Positions 11,036 through 25,115 of a stretch of DNA of 64,000 bases are shown here, piece by piece (the stretch's first letter is position 1; every line of letters starts with the position of its first letter). The position numbers and the translations under genes were made by a program. The notes under the pieces are model-generated. The model saw only the letters and a list, made by a program, of their open reading frames with translations. It had not been told where the DNA came from and made no database searches. The stretch spans positions 41,354,001 to 41,418,000 of the forward strand of contig OZ360247.1 of NCBI GenBank assembly GCA_977017645.1, written 5' to 3'. This DNA is from Torpedo marmorata. Its lineage: Eukaryota.

Positions 11036-11584
11036 AATTTGCAATTAATCATATTCTACATTGTTAGAAATGAGAAGCAGAGATTTGTATTGTTGAATTT
11101 ATTGAAACTACATGAAGACAAAGAATCATACAGCAGTCAGAGGTTTGAAATCGATCTGATGTCTAATGAAGTAAAATCAGTTAATTTTATGTCTTCTTTC
11201 AACAAAACTTTAAATTGGAGAGGTAGATTCCACATATGGTTTCTAGTGACTATCAGCAAATTGCAGTTTTAATATATGGTACCTGAAATCTCAAAGTACT
11301 TTATACATGGGATGGATTGGAGACATTTCTAAGTTACTTTTTTGTGAAATGAATTGTTGGTTAATGTTTTAAATAGTATTGGTAATTGAAAGAATAAGTC
11401 AGACCACAGGGAGAACTCTCTGTTTATCCTGTCATATTTTCTGATACCTGTCTGACCACAAGAATGAGGCAGATGTGAAATGATTTAACAATTCACTTGT
11501 ATTATAAAGAATTTCTCAGGGTCTTGGAACCTCTCAATTACCTTTGTTATCAATTTTGTTTTGTTTTTTGAAATTGAACTATAA

Positions 11585-11835
11585 AAAAGTATCAATTTGC
11601 ACGCCGCAAACTAAGCTCGCACAGCCACAATGAAATAAGTGGCCTTATCAGCTGTGAGTTGTATCTGAGGGATGAGCACATTGACCATCTTACCTTACCA
11701 TGCTGCTGTTCCTTGAATAGTTTCATCACACATTTATTACAACTCCTCAAAACAGAAATTGAAGTCTCAACTGCAAGGAATTTTATTTTCAGTTATTGCT
11801 GACATGTGCTCAGTTCCTGGAGTAGAATTTAAACA
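11585..11835 (-). mobile_element. DeuSINE-like relic
   Basis: CAATTTGCACGCCGCAA...TGAGGGATGA...TGCTGTTCCTTGAATAG, similar to the copy at 5005-5466. Confidence 0.45.
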
Positions 11836-12959
11836 TTTTTATCACCAATCTTCAACAAGAAGAACACCGATGACTGTTTTGTAAAAATAAAAAAATTGCT
11901 TGTTATTTTTCCTTCTCACCACACATGAACAATCTATACCAGGAAGTAGCTAAAACGAATCGTGACGGTGCATTCAAGAGGAAACTAGATAAGCAGTCAG
12001 AGGAAGAGGAAAATGTTAATAGGATATGGCAGAGGGGTGGGGGGAGATTTGCAATACATAAACACTAGCAAGGGACCTCTGGGGTGAATAGCTTGTTGTT
12101 GTGCTACAAGTAGCTTTATAAATGTAAAATAAAAATTGAGATCTTGGAAATTTAAATAGATTCTTGGCAGATTAGATAAATGTCTTTTTGTGGCTGCTGT
12201 GCCAAGTATCGCTGCCACTCGCTAATGACGTTTTAAGATGGCTAATAAAGTCTCTAGGAGGGGTAAAGTTCACAAAGATTTTTGTGGTATTATAGTTGCT
12301 ATATAAAATTTTACTTTAAGGGGCTTTATTTTGTTTCATTGTTTTAACAGGTGGATGATACTCTAAGTACAGGACGTGTAAAACATTTTCACATTTATAA
12401 CATTTATGAATTACTCATATTCCTCCTCCTTTGGATACATTTTAACAATTTTAAAGTATTCTTGGGTGAATTCACTAATATCCAACTCTAGGGAGCAGGG
12501 TCATAATTGCAGAAAGTTAGAGCTCGGCTCTAATTTATATTTCCATTGATCATACTTTTTACTAACCTCCATAATATTTGGTCATTTTCCATCAGGAAAC
12601 TGCAGATAATTCATGCATAAGGTTATGTAAAAGCCCATATACAATATGTTACTTCTATATAAATCTACTAATTTGAATTTCCTAAAACCTAATGCTGGAA
12701 ACCATAATGGCATGTCAGAGAAGCATGCCCAAACCCAAGCACATGAGTAAGTGTAGGCATTCTCATAGTGCAGAATGCTATGAATCATTGTTTTTGCAAG
12801 AACTGCCTGCCATCTGTATCATGATTTGAAATCAACAAATATTCTGTTTGATTCATATGTAACTCTAGGCATGCAAATTAATTCTTGCTTTACTAGTAGC
12901 AATCATGTTGCTTTTCACATGCACACCATTTATCCCAATTACTGCATTTGCTGTGGTCT

Positions 12960-13405
12960 CCTCCACATCAATCAGACCAAACGTAGATTGACCAACTGTT
13001 TTGACATGCATAGTGGATATCCTTAACCCCAACACATGAATGTTGATTTTTTTTCCTAGTTTTGGTAAACCCCCCCCCCCCTCTCCCCCACCTCCTATCT
13101 GGTTCTACTGTTTCCATCTCTAACTACTCCCATTCTCACTTTTCTCTCTAACCCTCCCCACAGCCTCCCAATGGTTCTCTCCTTCTCCTGTCTCTCCATC
13201 TCTCCCACCTTCTGTCCAATTCCTTGGCCTCTCCCCAGCCACCCCCCCCCTCCCTTGATGTACCTGATATTAGCTTTCTGATTTTAGTTTTGATAAGTGG
13301 TCCTGACTGACAATTGCTCTTCATGGATGCTGCTTTGACACGTTGAGTCCCTCCAGCTTCTTACTGTTTGCTCAAAATTCCAGCATCTGCAGTTTTTGTT
13401 TCTTC
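12960..13405 (+). mobile_element. Penelope-like 3' fragment
   Basis: CGLLHINQTKRRLTNCF GIY-YIG remnant, C-rich UTR and CCAGCATCTGCAG terminus. Confidence 0.65.
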
Positions 13406-13863
13406 ATAACATTGCCTTCATATAGTGGAAGCAAGGGAGCTCACAGTGTGTGGAAGGCTGCTGAATTTTAATGAAGGTGATTTCTGAATGCTTTGTAGGA
13501 TGAACAAGAGCAGCTCTTGGGCTAGAAGGTCGCAATAATCTGGGCTGGCTGGCTGACTGACAACAGAAAGATCACTGGTGAGTGGCAGTGTAGAAGTAAA
13601 TATATTAACCACTGTCAGCACACCCTCAACCACTCCCCCCCCCCCCATGCTGGAGCCCCCATGTATTAAAAGACTCTGGCTCTAAGGGGATATACAGGGG
13701 ATGTTAGTTTATATTTGTGAGCCAAATAGAGTAAAATGATTGAATTGATTAATGTGTTGACATAAAACAAAATATTGTGTCCTTAGGAGGATATAATAAT
13801 TAAAGACAAAAGAGAAGGTAAAGGACCATTTGCAAAAGAGAAATGGGGTTGCAAATACTGGTA

Positions 13864-14311
13864 CAGGTGCCTAACTTTTATTCGAAAACCTTGGGTCCGG
13901 ACACTTTTCGGAATTCGGATTTTTTCGGATTATAGAATTATTTTAACGGCGGAACTTTTAAATAATTGCGTTGCTTCAGATTTGCGCAAAACAAAGACAC
14001 TCCAACTAGAAGGGTTTCTGGACGGCGGCGTTGGATGGTGGGGGGTTACGGCAGCACTGGATAGGGGGGTTGCAGCGGCGCTGGACGGGGGTGTTCGCGG
14101 CGGCGCTGGACGGGGGTGGGGGGGGTGGTAAATGAAGTGAGATAAAGATAGACCGTAAAATTACTTGCGTACTTTTTATTTTTAAGTAAAACATACAGTA
14201 AAACTTCAAACATTAACTGGCTCAAACGAAGCTAAACACCTGAAAATATACTGGAAAAAATGTTCGGTTTTCGGAGGTTTTCAGAATTTCGGATAAAAGG
14301 TTAGGCACCTG
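13864..14311. mobile_element. pogo/Tigger-type MITE with internal G-rich minisatellite
   Basis: TIR CAGGTGCCTAAC(C)TTTTAT.CGAAA at both ends with TA flanks (13862-13863, 14312-14313). Confidence 0.88.
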
Positions 14312-15789
14312 TATCTCATTTGAAATAGTTGTTTCTGGACTCATGTGATAAGGATTGTGTCAATCCGAGTCTTCCAAGTAATTTTTGGAGAGGTTTGACC
14401 TTCAGTAAATTCTTCTGAGCATTGATATTGACAGCTAAAGCCACATGGCTTCATGAGATTGCTACACCATTCAATAAGATCATGGCAGATCCTATGCCTC
14501 CAGTGCACTGTTCTGCCAAGTCCTCGTATCCTTCGTCTCCTTTGGTGTTAAACCTGTAACTTTCAATCGAGTCAATAACTTGAGCATCTGTGGAACAGAA
14601 TTGCAAAAATTTTTAGCCCTGTGTAAATTAATCTCAATACTGACTTAAATGCCTGAAACCCTTTTTTTTTTAATGCATACTTCCTGATTCTAGACATTCC
14701 GGTTAGAGGAAAGGGCCTCCTGACATCTACCTTGGCAGTTCTCCTCAGAATTAAGTCTGCATCAAGGAGATATCCTCTCATTCTAAACACTCATGCATGT
14801 GAGTCAGTCATATTCAGCATCTCTTCATAGGATATCATCCTCATTCAAAGAATCAGTATTGTAAATCTATACTGTATTCTTCAAGCATCTTTCTTTGCTG
14901 AGGGAGACCTGGTCACCACTCCACTTCAGTATTTTGGCACTCCAATTATCCATTACACTGATCATCTGTCCCAAATATTTCTACATCCATGTAATCCATT
15001 AAATTCTCCGATTGCATTTTTCAATTGAGGTGACTTGCATAATATATCGTTCAACTTTTTTTGTACTTGCAACCAGCAGCAACTTTGCTGCGTTGTTCTT
15101 CTGGATATAAGATGCATTTTATGCTTAACAAATACAAGAATAGAACTGGTCAGTGTGGACATCTTATTATCAGAACATGAATGACTTTTGATAACAATAG
15201 ATCTACAGAATAATTAAAATTTTACTGCCCTTTGTGGCAAGCACAATACTTTCTACTTGCAATTACCAATGCCACACAGAGGTTGTGAAAATTGGGAAAT
15301 GGAAAAGTAAATTTCTTGATGCAAATGTTATTGCTTTGTTGACATTATTCTTCAAATTATTATTGTGCTCTATGATCTCAGTGAGATTTTTATCTAAATT
15401 CCAATACACTTCGATAATTAAAGTTTAATGTTCCTTTTGCTGACCAATTTGCTTATTGTCCTCTTTGGGTTCACATTCTGAATCTCGTGCAGAAGCACAC
15501 AAACACGTTTCTCACCTTTTTATTAAAAAAAAAAAAAATGCTGCTTTTTCTATTCTGGCAACCTTAAATTTATTCATGTTCAAATTCATTTATCATCTGA
15601 TTGTTTTGTCAGGTCATACTGGTACAGCGTTCACAGTGCACAACAGTACAAATACAGACATCACACACATACAGGCATATGATACAGATACACAGAACCT
15701 ACAGTATGTACATATATTAAAATAAATATTATTAATAAATAGTAGAGTCACGAGGAGTTTCAGGTCACCGCGAATTGATGAGACTGGGG

Positions 15790-16230
15790 AGGTTACAGGG
15801 GAGATTCCACCAGGTGTTACTTGGAATTAAACATTTCTGTTATGATAGACTTGATAGGCTGGGTTTGTTTTCTTGGAGAACAGAAAACTGAAGGTGTACG
15901 TGATAGGGGTGTACAAAATTATGAAGGGCATGGGGAGAAGCTTCCTCCCCATAAAAGAGATGCCAAAAACTAGAAGGCAAATGTATAAAGTGAGGAGTAA
16001 GTGGATTTGAGTATTTCTTTTCACCCAGACGGTGGTTGCAATGTGCAACATGCTGCTTGAGAAGATGGTGCAGCCAGGTATTCTCGTAACATTTAATATC
16101 TGTATAAACACTCGAGTCTCCAAGACAAAGAAGGCTACGGATCAAATGCTTGTCAATAAGATCACTATAGATGACTACTTGATGGTAATTGGGAACATGG
16201 AAGGGTCTGTTTCTGTGCCATGACTATAAT
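15790..16230 (+). mobile_element. CR1 3' relic
   Basis: RLGLFSL..RKLK...VYKIMKG and GAAGGGTCTGTTTCTGTGC tail. Confidence 0.65.
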
Positions 16231-19200
16231 TAGTGCAATGGAAAAGAATTTGACAGTGATTTCAGTCTGAGCCCTTACTGCTGCCCTCACATTTCCAGCG
16301 GAAGTTGCTTGAGCTGCAATGGAAGTTGAGACACTGGCCATCAGATACTAATTGCCTCGTGGTTGGGCCAAAGGTGTTAGGCAGAGACCACCTTTTCCCA
16401 CCACCGTCCATAATTATTAAAAGTGGGTGCTCTCCAAAAGCAGATAACTTTAAAGTTTTGTGCGTAGCCCTGCCCGCGAGTGAGCTAATTGAGTTGACTA
16501 TAACTTCCATGCTGCAAAAGATGAGCTATAAACTTTGCACACAGTCCTTATCATTGAGTACAGAATTCCGAATATATTGAACATTCTTCATTGTGTACAC
16601 ATGGGACAGGATTGATAGAACTCATTGAAGTCCTTTGCACCAGAACTCAGGTATTTGTGAAGTAGCACCTTTCTTTACTCTTCCTCTCTATTTCTTTCCA
16701 ATTAGTTTCTGGTTTTCATTGCCTTGTCCTGCAAGAATGCAAAAATGTGTCCGTGAAAATGTTCGGGTACTTTGGAAAGCGTGCTTGAATGGCTCAGCAT
16801 GTTAAAGCTGTGATCTGCACATGAAAGTTGCAGTAATGTGGGTTTGAGGTGTGGTGGATTGTGAGCAAGTTGGGTTCAAGTTTGATAAGGAGAATTTCTT
16901 AGCAAGTTGTGCAGATGTGACAAGTTGAGCATCTGAAGCTGGTTGCATGATTGGTAGGATCTGGAATTTTAATGCATATTTATTGATTTTTAAGTGTGAG
17001 GTAGTTCACTTTCTTACTCCACTGCAGCCAGGTCCTTTTGGCTTGATTCCTGCTATTGTTTTCCATGGACTCTATTCTCATTGCCTTCTGAGTGAGAGTG
17101 TGCAGGGTCTCTTGTGGATTTATTCAAAACAATTAACTTCTAGTTATTCACCCTCCAAAAGCATGGCACCTAGTGCAGTCACTCCTCAATTCTTTCTTCA
17201 GAAAAATAACAATAATCAGCATGTTTGACTTTGGCTCCGTGGAACCAGTATGTGAATTGACAGGGAGCATGAGAATGAGATTCTGCCTGCAATTTAATTA
17301 ACCATAAGTTATTTTAGTTTATTTAGGTTGTCATTTATTGCCATCAGGCAAGTAAGATACAGGTGCAGGAGTAGGTCACATGGTCCTGTACAACATTCAA
17401 AAGGGCAATGCCTAGCCTCGCTGCACATTGTTTGCTTTTCAATCTTTAAAATGTCTTTTTTTTTACTTTTTGAATTGTAGAAAGATACCTATGCTTGCTG
17501 TTGGTTTATTTTTTATCTTCATTCAGAATGCAAAGTTTCTTTACATTGCTTTTTAGAGGTTCTTTTGTCATTTAGGTTTTATCACTATGTTTAATTTCTG
17601 CGAACCAGTACAAGGCATGGGAGTGTAGGAGCTGCAACTCATAAATTTTTCAATTGGAGATCATGTTGTATTTCTATATTTATTCAGAACAATGGTAAAT
17701 ATTTTGGAGAATTATGTTCAAGTTACACAAATGTGCTGCAGTGATTAATCTCTTCTCCTCCTCCTACTCTCCACCAAGTTAAAATAGGAAATGGGAAGAG
17801 ATTGAATCACTGTAGGGTTAAAATGTACTATTAAGAACATATTCATCTCACAGATTTATTATCTGCCTGGTCTTTAAGGAGTAAGCAGTTTGATAAGTTC
17901 ATGTGTAGTCATCAACATTGATGATAATTTGTCTAGTATGTTTGGGTTTCAGAAGCAACCAAAAAAAAGTCTTATTGAATACTGGTGTATTAAATGAGCA
18001 AAATTTCTACCATCCATCACTAATCGGATTATTCTCCCACCCCATTTGGTTGAGAGGTGATTCAAACCCACACAAGTAATAGAATTTTCCAGTCATTTTT
18101 ATTGTCTTTTAGATTGTGTAGTACTTGTCCATTAATTCATCATAAGCCACATAGATATTTGTTAACTTGCTTAATCTAGTCTTTATCGAGGTCACTACAA
18201 TGCAGCTATACAAATCTTCAGTGTGCACTGGTTTTAGTTGGGTAACATCTTGTTTATTTTTTAAATAGCACAGTGTTTTCATAATGTAATAATTATTAGA
18301 ATTTTGCTGTATTTATTTTCTTTAAAAGTCAATTAATGTAAAGTCATTCATATTGTTCATGGGGAAGCTGTGTGACATTTCTTATCTGGGCCATGGTTTC
18401 CCATCTTGTCTGAAATCTTCTTGTTTCCTGATAAGCAAATGAACTTGTACTGCAGAAAAGCTACAATATTCCTCCTATTGGACTATTCAGAAATCCCAGT
18501 GATTCAATATCTGGCTCACCGGGTGATTTTTATCGTGCTTCTTTGTGCTTTCTGGGACCCTGGGTCCTGTACTTTTTTTCCACTTCTGGGTTCATTGGAA
18601 AATATATCTTGTAATACCATGTTACATATTTTTTGATTCACTTTAAAATATGTGGAGGTATTAATAAAAATAATATCCATTGATCTGGAAAATTCAGACA
18701 GTGCAGCACTACTGAAGTCCTTAGCATGCCACATTATTGGAGTTTTGCTCATGTACTAAAACTGATGCTTCATAAAGAAACAACACTTCTATTTTGTTCT
18801 GATCTCCTTCTCTCCTCCAAAGGTACCCCTCCCTCCACACACAAACCCTGAACTGATTATTCTGAACTAGCAGTTTGGTGGTTTTATCCTTGTCCATGCA
18901 GAATGTTATTAGGAAATTCTAATTCTTGGTTGGATGTTCCCAGATTTATCTTTGATCTTCAAACTTTTAATTTTTCTGGCCATTCACATTCACAAAAGTA
19001 AACTGTTGAGTTTACTATCTATTTTTCACCCAGGAGGGGATACAAGAGCACAACAGTCCATATGTTACAATCAACCTTAATAATAAAATAAAATGTAAGA
19101 GTTTTAGGTTAGAGGCAGCTATGTATATTCTGCATCCTGAATTGGAGCAATATAGTTGCAGCGATCATGTTTGGTGAAGGGTTTCTTCTATTTAAATGTT

Positions 19201-20914
19201 TTAATGAATCTTTTAAGCCTGGTATCAAATTTAATTTTAAGAAAATCCTACTAAGATCCAGATGATTTCAATCAATTTCTGGGATCAACTGAGGCATTTA
19301 GTCATGTGCAATTTTCTTAATAATTTATAACTATAGTTTTTCTTTATATCGCTAGCCCTGTGGCTGAAATAATTTTTTGCATCTGAGTAGAAGCTTATTA
19401 AGTTACTGACACTATTTCCATAATAATTTTGTGAGGTGCAGCAGGACATTCGGTAAAGGGTTGAAAGTAATGCTCTGCTCATGAATTGCCCTGATAGGTG
19501 TAAAATAAATTGCTTGCTATTAATCAATTAAAAGCAGAACTATGCATTGAAATAAAAAGATTATTTGTAAAAATTAAGTTGCATTTTAAATGAAAATCTA
19601 TGCCCCTTATTCCCCATACTAGATGTGCCAGATATACCGGCATAAAGAAGCAAAGCCAGATAAGAAATATACCTATCCCTCATCTCAGCAATGTACAGAA
19701 TGGCCCCGAACTTTACGATTGAGTCAGGGCAAGATAAAAAGTCTTGATGGGCTCGGGTCTTAGTCCCAGCACCTTCCCAATTTACCCTGCAGTACACAAG
19801 CACAGATGTCTGGGATCCGATATTGCACATCATTGCATTTTCTACGCACTTGCCAGGGCTGTTCACATATTCTAATCTTGGCCATTAATTTTCAGCAAAA
19901 AAAATCATTATTTCCATCTAAAGTGGAAACTCAGGAAAAAGTATGTAATAATTTTTCTGCCAATTGCAAATCTCTTGGCATCATAAATTTTGAAGTTGGA
20001 GAATGGGTTTCGAAATATCTTTTTAAGGAAACGAGGAATTATCTATTATAGTGCTGATAAAATTGTTCTTAATGTTTTGTACTGCATGTGAAAAGGACTT
20101 AAAAATATAGAAAATGAAATCCCAACACATGGTCTGTAGCTCACTATTCCCTAAATGCCTCTGAAACATTTCTAACATTAGATACACCCGCTCCAAAGCC
20201 TCCACATCCTTTCTAAAGTATGGCGACCAGAACTATACACAACCACACTTGTTACCAGTTCAGGTCAGTAATACAATTGAAATTTTCATTCACCTCTCTC
20301 TTAGAAAATTATTGCCTCTTTCTATCCATTAACTCCATTTCCATACTTCTGCAGTCAGACTCGCTGCCTTCACACTTACTTGACCTAAATCTCATTCCAC
20401 CTCAGACCCAAATAATTCCAAGCTGATGTAACACCTACATAGTCCTATATCAACTTTTGCAACCTCATTGACTTGCAGATCCACATAAATTTTTACAAAA
20501 CAGCACATCTTCTAAGTCTCAATTAGCAATGTGAGATTGCAAATATGTATCGAGGAAATGTCTATAATACAGCTTATAAAATTGTTCCTTGTGTTTTGTA
20601 CTGCACCCGTTTCTTGATGTATTGCTTTATTCACATTCTTTAAATTCATGTGCTGAAATATGTTTAACAAATTTTTGCTTTCAGTTAAGTTTTTTATATG
20701 GACGAGTAAAGTGAAAAAAATATTTTCACTAAATTTTAAATTGCTTATATGGCTTAAAGCAGGAAGAGCACATCAGGTTTAAATCCAGTGATCCAAATGA
20801 TTTGTAGCTGACTCAATTTCTGTCATCTCACTTTAAATGTCCACTGCATTCATTCGTTGACTCTAGCCCATTTCATAGTGTAGGTCAATGGAAAAATTTA
20901 GCATAGATTAAATA

Positions 20915-22070
20915 TGAAGCTCTATGTGAACATACAAAATAGGAACACTCAGCCCCTTGTGCCTGCTCCATCATTTAATAAGATTGTGGATGATCTCATT
21001 GTAACCTCAAGTCTATATTCCTGTTTATCCACGGTAACCTTTCACTCCCTTGCACAGCAAGTATCTGCCTCTGCTTAAAAATATTCAAAGACTGCTTCCA
21101 TCTCTCTTAAAGATGTCCATAAGACATTCAACCCTCTGGGGGAGGGAGAGGGGGAAGATGAGATGGGAAATTCACCTCAACTCTAAAATTCAAACTGTGA
21201 ATTCCAGTTCTAGATTCTCCCACAAAAGAAAACAGCTTCTCCACATCCACACTCTTAAGAACCTCAAGGATTTTGAAAGTTTTTGTTTCCTTTCATTCTT
21301 CTAAGCTCCAATGAGTACAATCCCTGCCTATCCAAAATCTCTTTATTAAACAACATTCCTTGTATTAATTTAACAAACTTTCTCAGAACTGCTTTCAGTA
21401 CACTAACATCCTTCCTTAAATCAGGAGACCAATACTGCACAGCGTTCCGGATGTAGTCTGAACCGTAGCCTATTTTGTATTCCATCCCCCCAGCAATAAA
21501 CAATAACATTCTGTTAACTTTCCTAATCATTTGCAGAAGCTGCACAATAGCCTTTTACAAATTGTGCATTTGGATAGTGAGATCCCTTCGCAGCTCAGAC
21601 CTCTTAACTGGTAAGCAACATGTTTCTTGCATTTCTCCACATTACATTCCATTTGCCAGATCCTGGTCCACTCATTTCACTTATCTGTATCCCTTTCTAC
21701 TTCTTTGTCCTTTTTACAATCTGCTTCCCTACCTATCTCTTGCCGCCAACACATTTAACAGCCATACCATATGTGCTGCATCTAAGTTATTTCTACAAGC
21801 CATAAAAATTGAGCTCCCACATAATCCCTGTGGCTCACCTCTCATATTTCGACATTCAATAAAAGGCACATTTCTACTTATTCTGGTCCCTGTTAGCTTC
21901 CAAATCTTCCAAATCCACTAATAAGTTTCATCCTACACCATGAACTTTTATTTTCCACAATAACCATGGATGCAGCAAATAGATTTTCAGAAGGCAATTG
22001 AAGTATGGTCGTCCACTGACCCATTTAATTCATTGCACATATTACTTCTTGAAAGAATTCCAATACGAGA
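20915..22070 (-). mobile_element. Old CR1 relic
   Basis: Minus ORF 21264-21545: VQYWSPDLRKDV..L..V.RKF..LI.GM..LYSLE.RRMKG. Confidence 0.7.
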
Positions 22071-22530
22071 TCAATAACCAAATAATCTATTTTTGGTAGA
22101 CATACCGGTAGTTAAGTGAGCAATATTGAACAGAACATGAGCAAAAGATACTGTTGTTACGATATATTTCCTGCAGATGGCATAGGAATCCAACTAATTA
22201 AATTAGACATGTAATGTTCAAGGTTAAATGTGAAGCCTCACCCAAGGTAATCAGGTTTCTGTAAATTTTTGTCAGGCTCTAGTTCCTGTTGTTCCTGGTA
22301 AAGTGGTCTGTTAGTTAACTGATGATCACTTCTGAACAAATCAAATTATTCCAAAAATGAAATGAAAATGGAAATTTTGAACCAAATTAGTCCGATGTGG
22401 TAAATTTGCCCAAATTAGAGAAGACCACAAAGCAGTTATTGCTTGGTTGATAAATGAACTTGTTGTTGAAGCCACGAGTCCACTCTATATCAAATGACTC
22501 TTTCCCAATGTTTAGGTGACCAAAAGCTAC

Positions 22531-23232
22531 TGTTACAAATTCAAACCAGCAATGACAGAAGACGCAATGCAAAAGGGGAAAAATTGAAAATTATATTTAT
22601 TAAAGACAATTAAACATATAATTTCAAAACAATCAACCCCACTATAAACGTCTATAAACACTATTCTATCTAAAGAGTGTGTGTGTGTGTGTAAAGCCCA
22701 AACCATTACAGCCCATGCCCAACCCTCATGTGAAAATGGAAAACCTTCCCTAAACCCCTAGGTCAGTCATAAAAATAAGTCAGACCCAAAAATACAGTCC
22801 ACAAAATCACTCTATATGTTCAGGGTCCAAATTCAGCTCTGTGTGCTGGCACGAAGGACTTCTTAGTGAACGTTGGAGAGAGAGACAATGACTGTTTAAG
22901 CTTACGAATGCTTGGCCTGCTTTTCTTCCCTGATGACTTTCCCTTTTGGTAGATGCACGAGGGTTGCGGTTCCAAATCAGTATACCACTGATTGAGGAGT
23001 GTACTTGGATCTCACAGCCTGTCTCGCTGTTCTCCACAAACGTGGCTTTATCTCAGGATTTTGCTGATACAGGAGGCCATGTGCTATTCTCCTAGTCTTT
23101 CTCACTGGAATGCACAAGCCTCTGGTTTTGCTGTTGTTGCTTCAGCCTTTTGCAACTCCAAACTGAATGCCTTTTTGCAGAGGTTTGCACCTGCTTTTGC
23201 AAAAGTGCAACAAAGTATCTTTCCACAGCCTG

Positions 23233-23269
<37 letters not shown>

Positions 23270-23390
23270 GAGCACAGCCAGTCCTGGGCAAGTTAACTCT
23301 TTCAGTACCTGGTCCCAGTGTGTACTCAAAAAGACTTCATCCTTCCTACTGACCGTCCGCAGTCCAAATGGTCAGTCATGATCCATAACT
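22531..23390 (-). mobile_element. Solo LTR (Gypsy-like, 860 bp)
   Basis: Termini TGTTAC...ATAACT (one change from ATAACA), 4-bp TSD CTAC (22527-22530, 23391-23394), minus-strand AATAAA near 22596; internal (TG)n and (TC)n tracts. Confidence 0.7.
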
Positions 23391-23559
23391 CTACATATAT
23401 AGCGGTAAACAACAGTGATCCATTCTGATCTGATGTATTATTTTAATGAATTAAATTATATTTTTGACTATACTTGGGGATCCTGTGTTTAGAAGCAAAT
23501 AAAATACATGTGGAAGAAGTTGAACAATCTAGTTTGAAACAATGGAAATGGGAAAAAAA

Positions 23560-24340
23560 ATGGTGGTGCTGCTAGAGCTGCTGCAAAGGCAGCGCTGGTG
23601 CGGACCCGCGAAGAGGAGACACAGTGCTCCTCCCCAGGGTTCTACCACCCAGTCAAACTATCGACGGCTCTGTACAGGCTTTAAATGGCCTATTATTTTA
23701 AAATCTTGCGTCTGGGCCCAAGATGGCGGCAACTGTGTTCAGCAGCAGTCTCGAGTGGTTACAGACTCTGGGGAAGCAGAGGCCTGGTGCAGGGCACCAG
23801 AAGAAAACAGGGAGACCACCCCCATTTGAGAAGGAGAAGCAGACAACCCACGGGACAGCAACTATGGCGGCAGACCAGTGAGGGGCTCTGCGGCTGAAGA
23901 GCACAGAGGTGCCGAACTGTTGGTGACCCAAGGCGAGGAACCCTTGCAGGCTGCTGGTGGCTGTGGTCAAAGGACTCACACCAGGATGCGGACTGCTGGA
24001 GACTGGCTTGAGACTGGCTGAAGGGGTACCAGCTATTGGAACCGGGATGCGAGAGGGTGCCAATGGTGCTGAAGGCTTCCTGTTCATGTCAGGGGTTTGG
24101 ATCTGGAGCTCAGGTTGCTGATGGTTTGGACTGAAGTCTGTGTGGCTGCGGAAGCTCTGGAGGCGAATCCATGGACACTCAGTAACTTTGGGGGGAATCT
24201 CCTTTGCTTCTCTTTCTCTGACTCTAAGAGGCGCCTGGCAATTTCTGCTGATGGCAAATCTGTCTGCCTTATGGCAGACTAAAGCAAATTTCGTGTAATA
24301 TTACACGTGTTTTATTACATGACAATAAAGGAATCTCGAA
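23560..24340 (+). mobile_element. Non-coding, GC-rich non-autonomous retroelement with Rex1-type 3' tail
   Basis: AAGATGGCGGC (YY1-type motif) near 23720, hairpin GTCTGCC-TTAT-GGCAGAC (24262-24279) and ATGACAATAAA tail; related partial copy at about 27370-27700. Confidence 0.6.
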
Positions 24341-24529
24341 TGTAGATTTCTTGCTTGCTAGGTTTGGTTACTCAAGCACAGCTTTGGATTTCCAGTTCAT
24401 AGACTCTTAAATGATCAAAAATAAATTTAAGATATCAAATATTTGTGTAAATGGAGAATTGGATTTATTTCAATCCATAATGAATCCATGTAAATATATT
24501 CATTTTGCTCACTATCCATTTGTAGATTC

Positions 24530-25115
24530 ACAGTCATACAACACTGAAAGAAGCCCTTCAGCCCACCACTATTGCCAAACATCAAATACTTCTCTATTCT
24601 CATCCCATTTACTATCAGTTCTATGACAGATCCTCTCTTGCTCCTCATCTTAAACTTGTGTTTTCTGGTTCTAGGCATCTATGTTGTGAAGAAAAGGGTA
24701 TCCACATCCATTCTATCTACCCGAGTAAAAATGATGGCTGTTTTTTTTAAAAAAAGAGATTAAGTTGCCTGGGACTATCCTTGATGGAATTTAGAAGAAT
24801 GACAGGGGTTCGTGTAAAAACATATACAATTATGAAAGGAATAGATAAGATCTTTGCAGGACAATTTTTTTCCACTGATAGGTGAGACTAGAAGAAAGGG
24901 GACAGGATTCGGGAGAGGTTTAAGGCCGATGAGGAGGAACTACTTTTCCCAGAGAGTAATCGATCTGTAGAATTCTCTGCCCAAAGTAGTAATAGAGATT
25001 GCCTCATTAAATACATTAAAGATACAGATTGATTTTTGCATAGTAGGGGCGTTGAGGGTTAAGGGAAAAGGCAGGTAAATGGAGCCGTGTCCACTGCCAG
25101 ATCAGCCATGGTTTC
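24530..25115. mobile_element. Two CR1 3' fragments in opposite orientations
   Basis: Minus-strand tail at 24530-24720; plus-strand LEFRRM.G..IMKGIDK through CAGATCAGCCATG tail. Confidence 0.6.
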
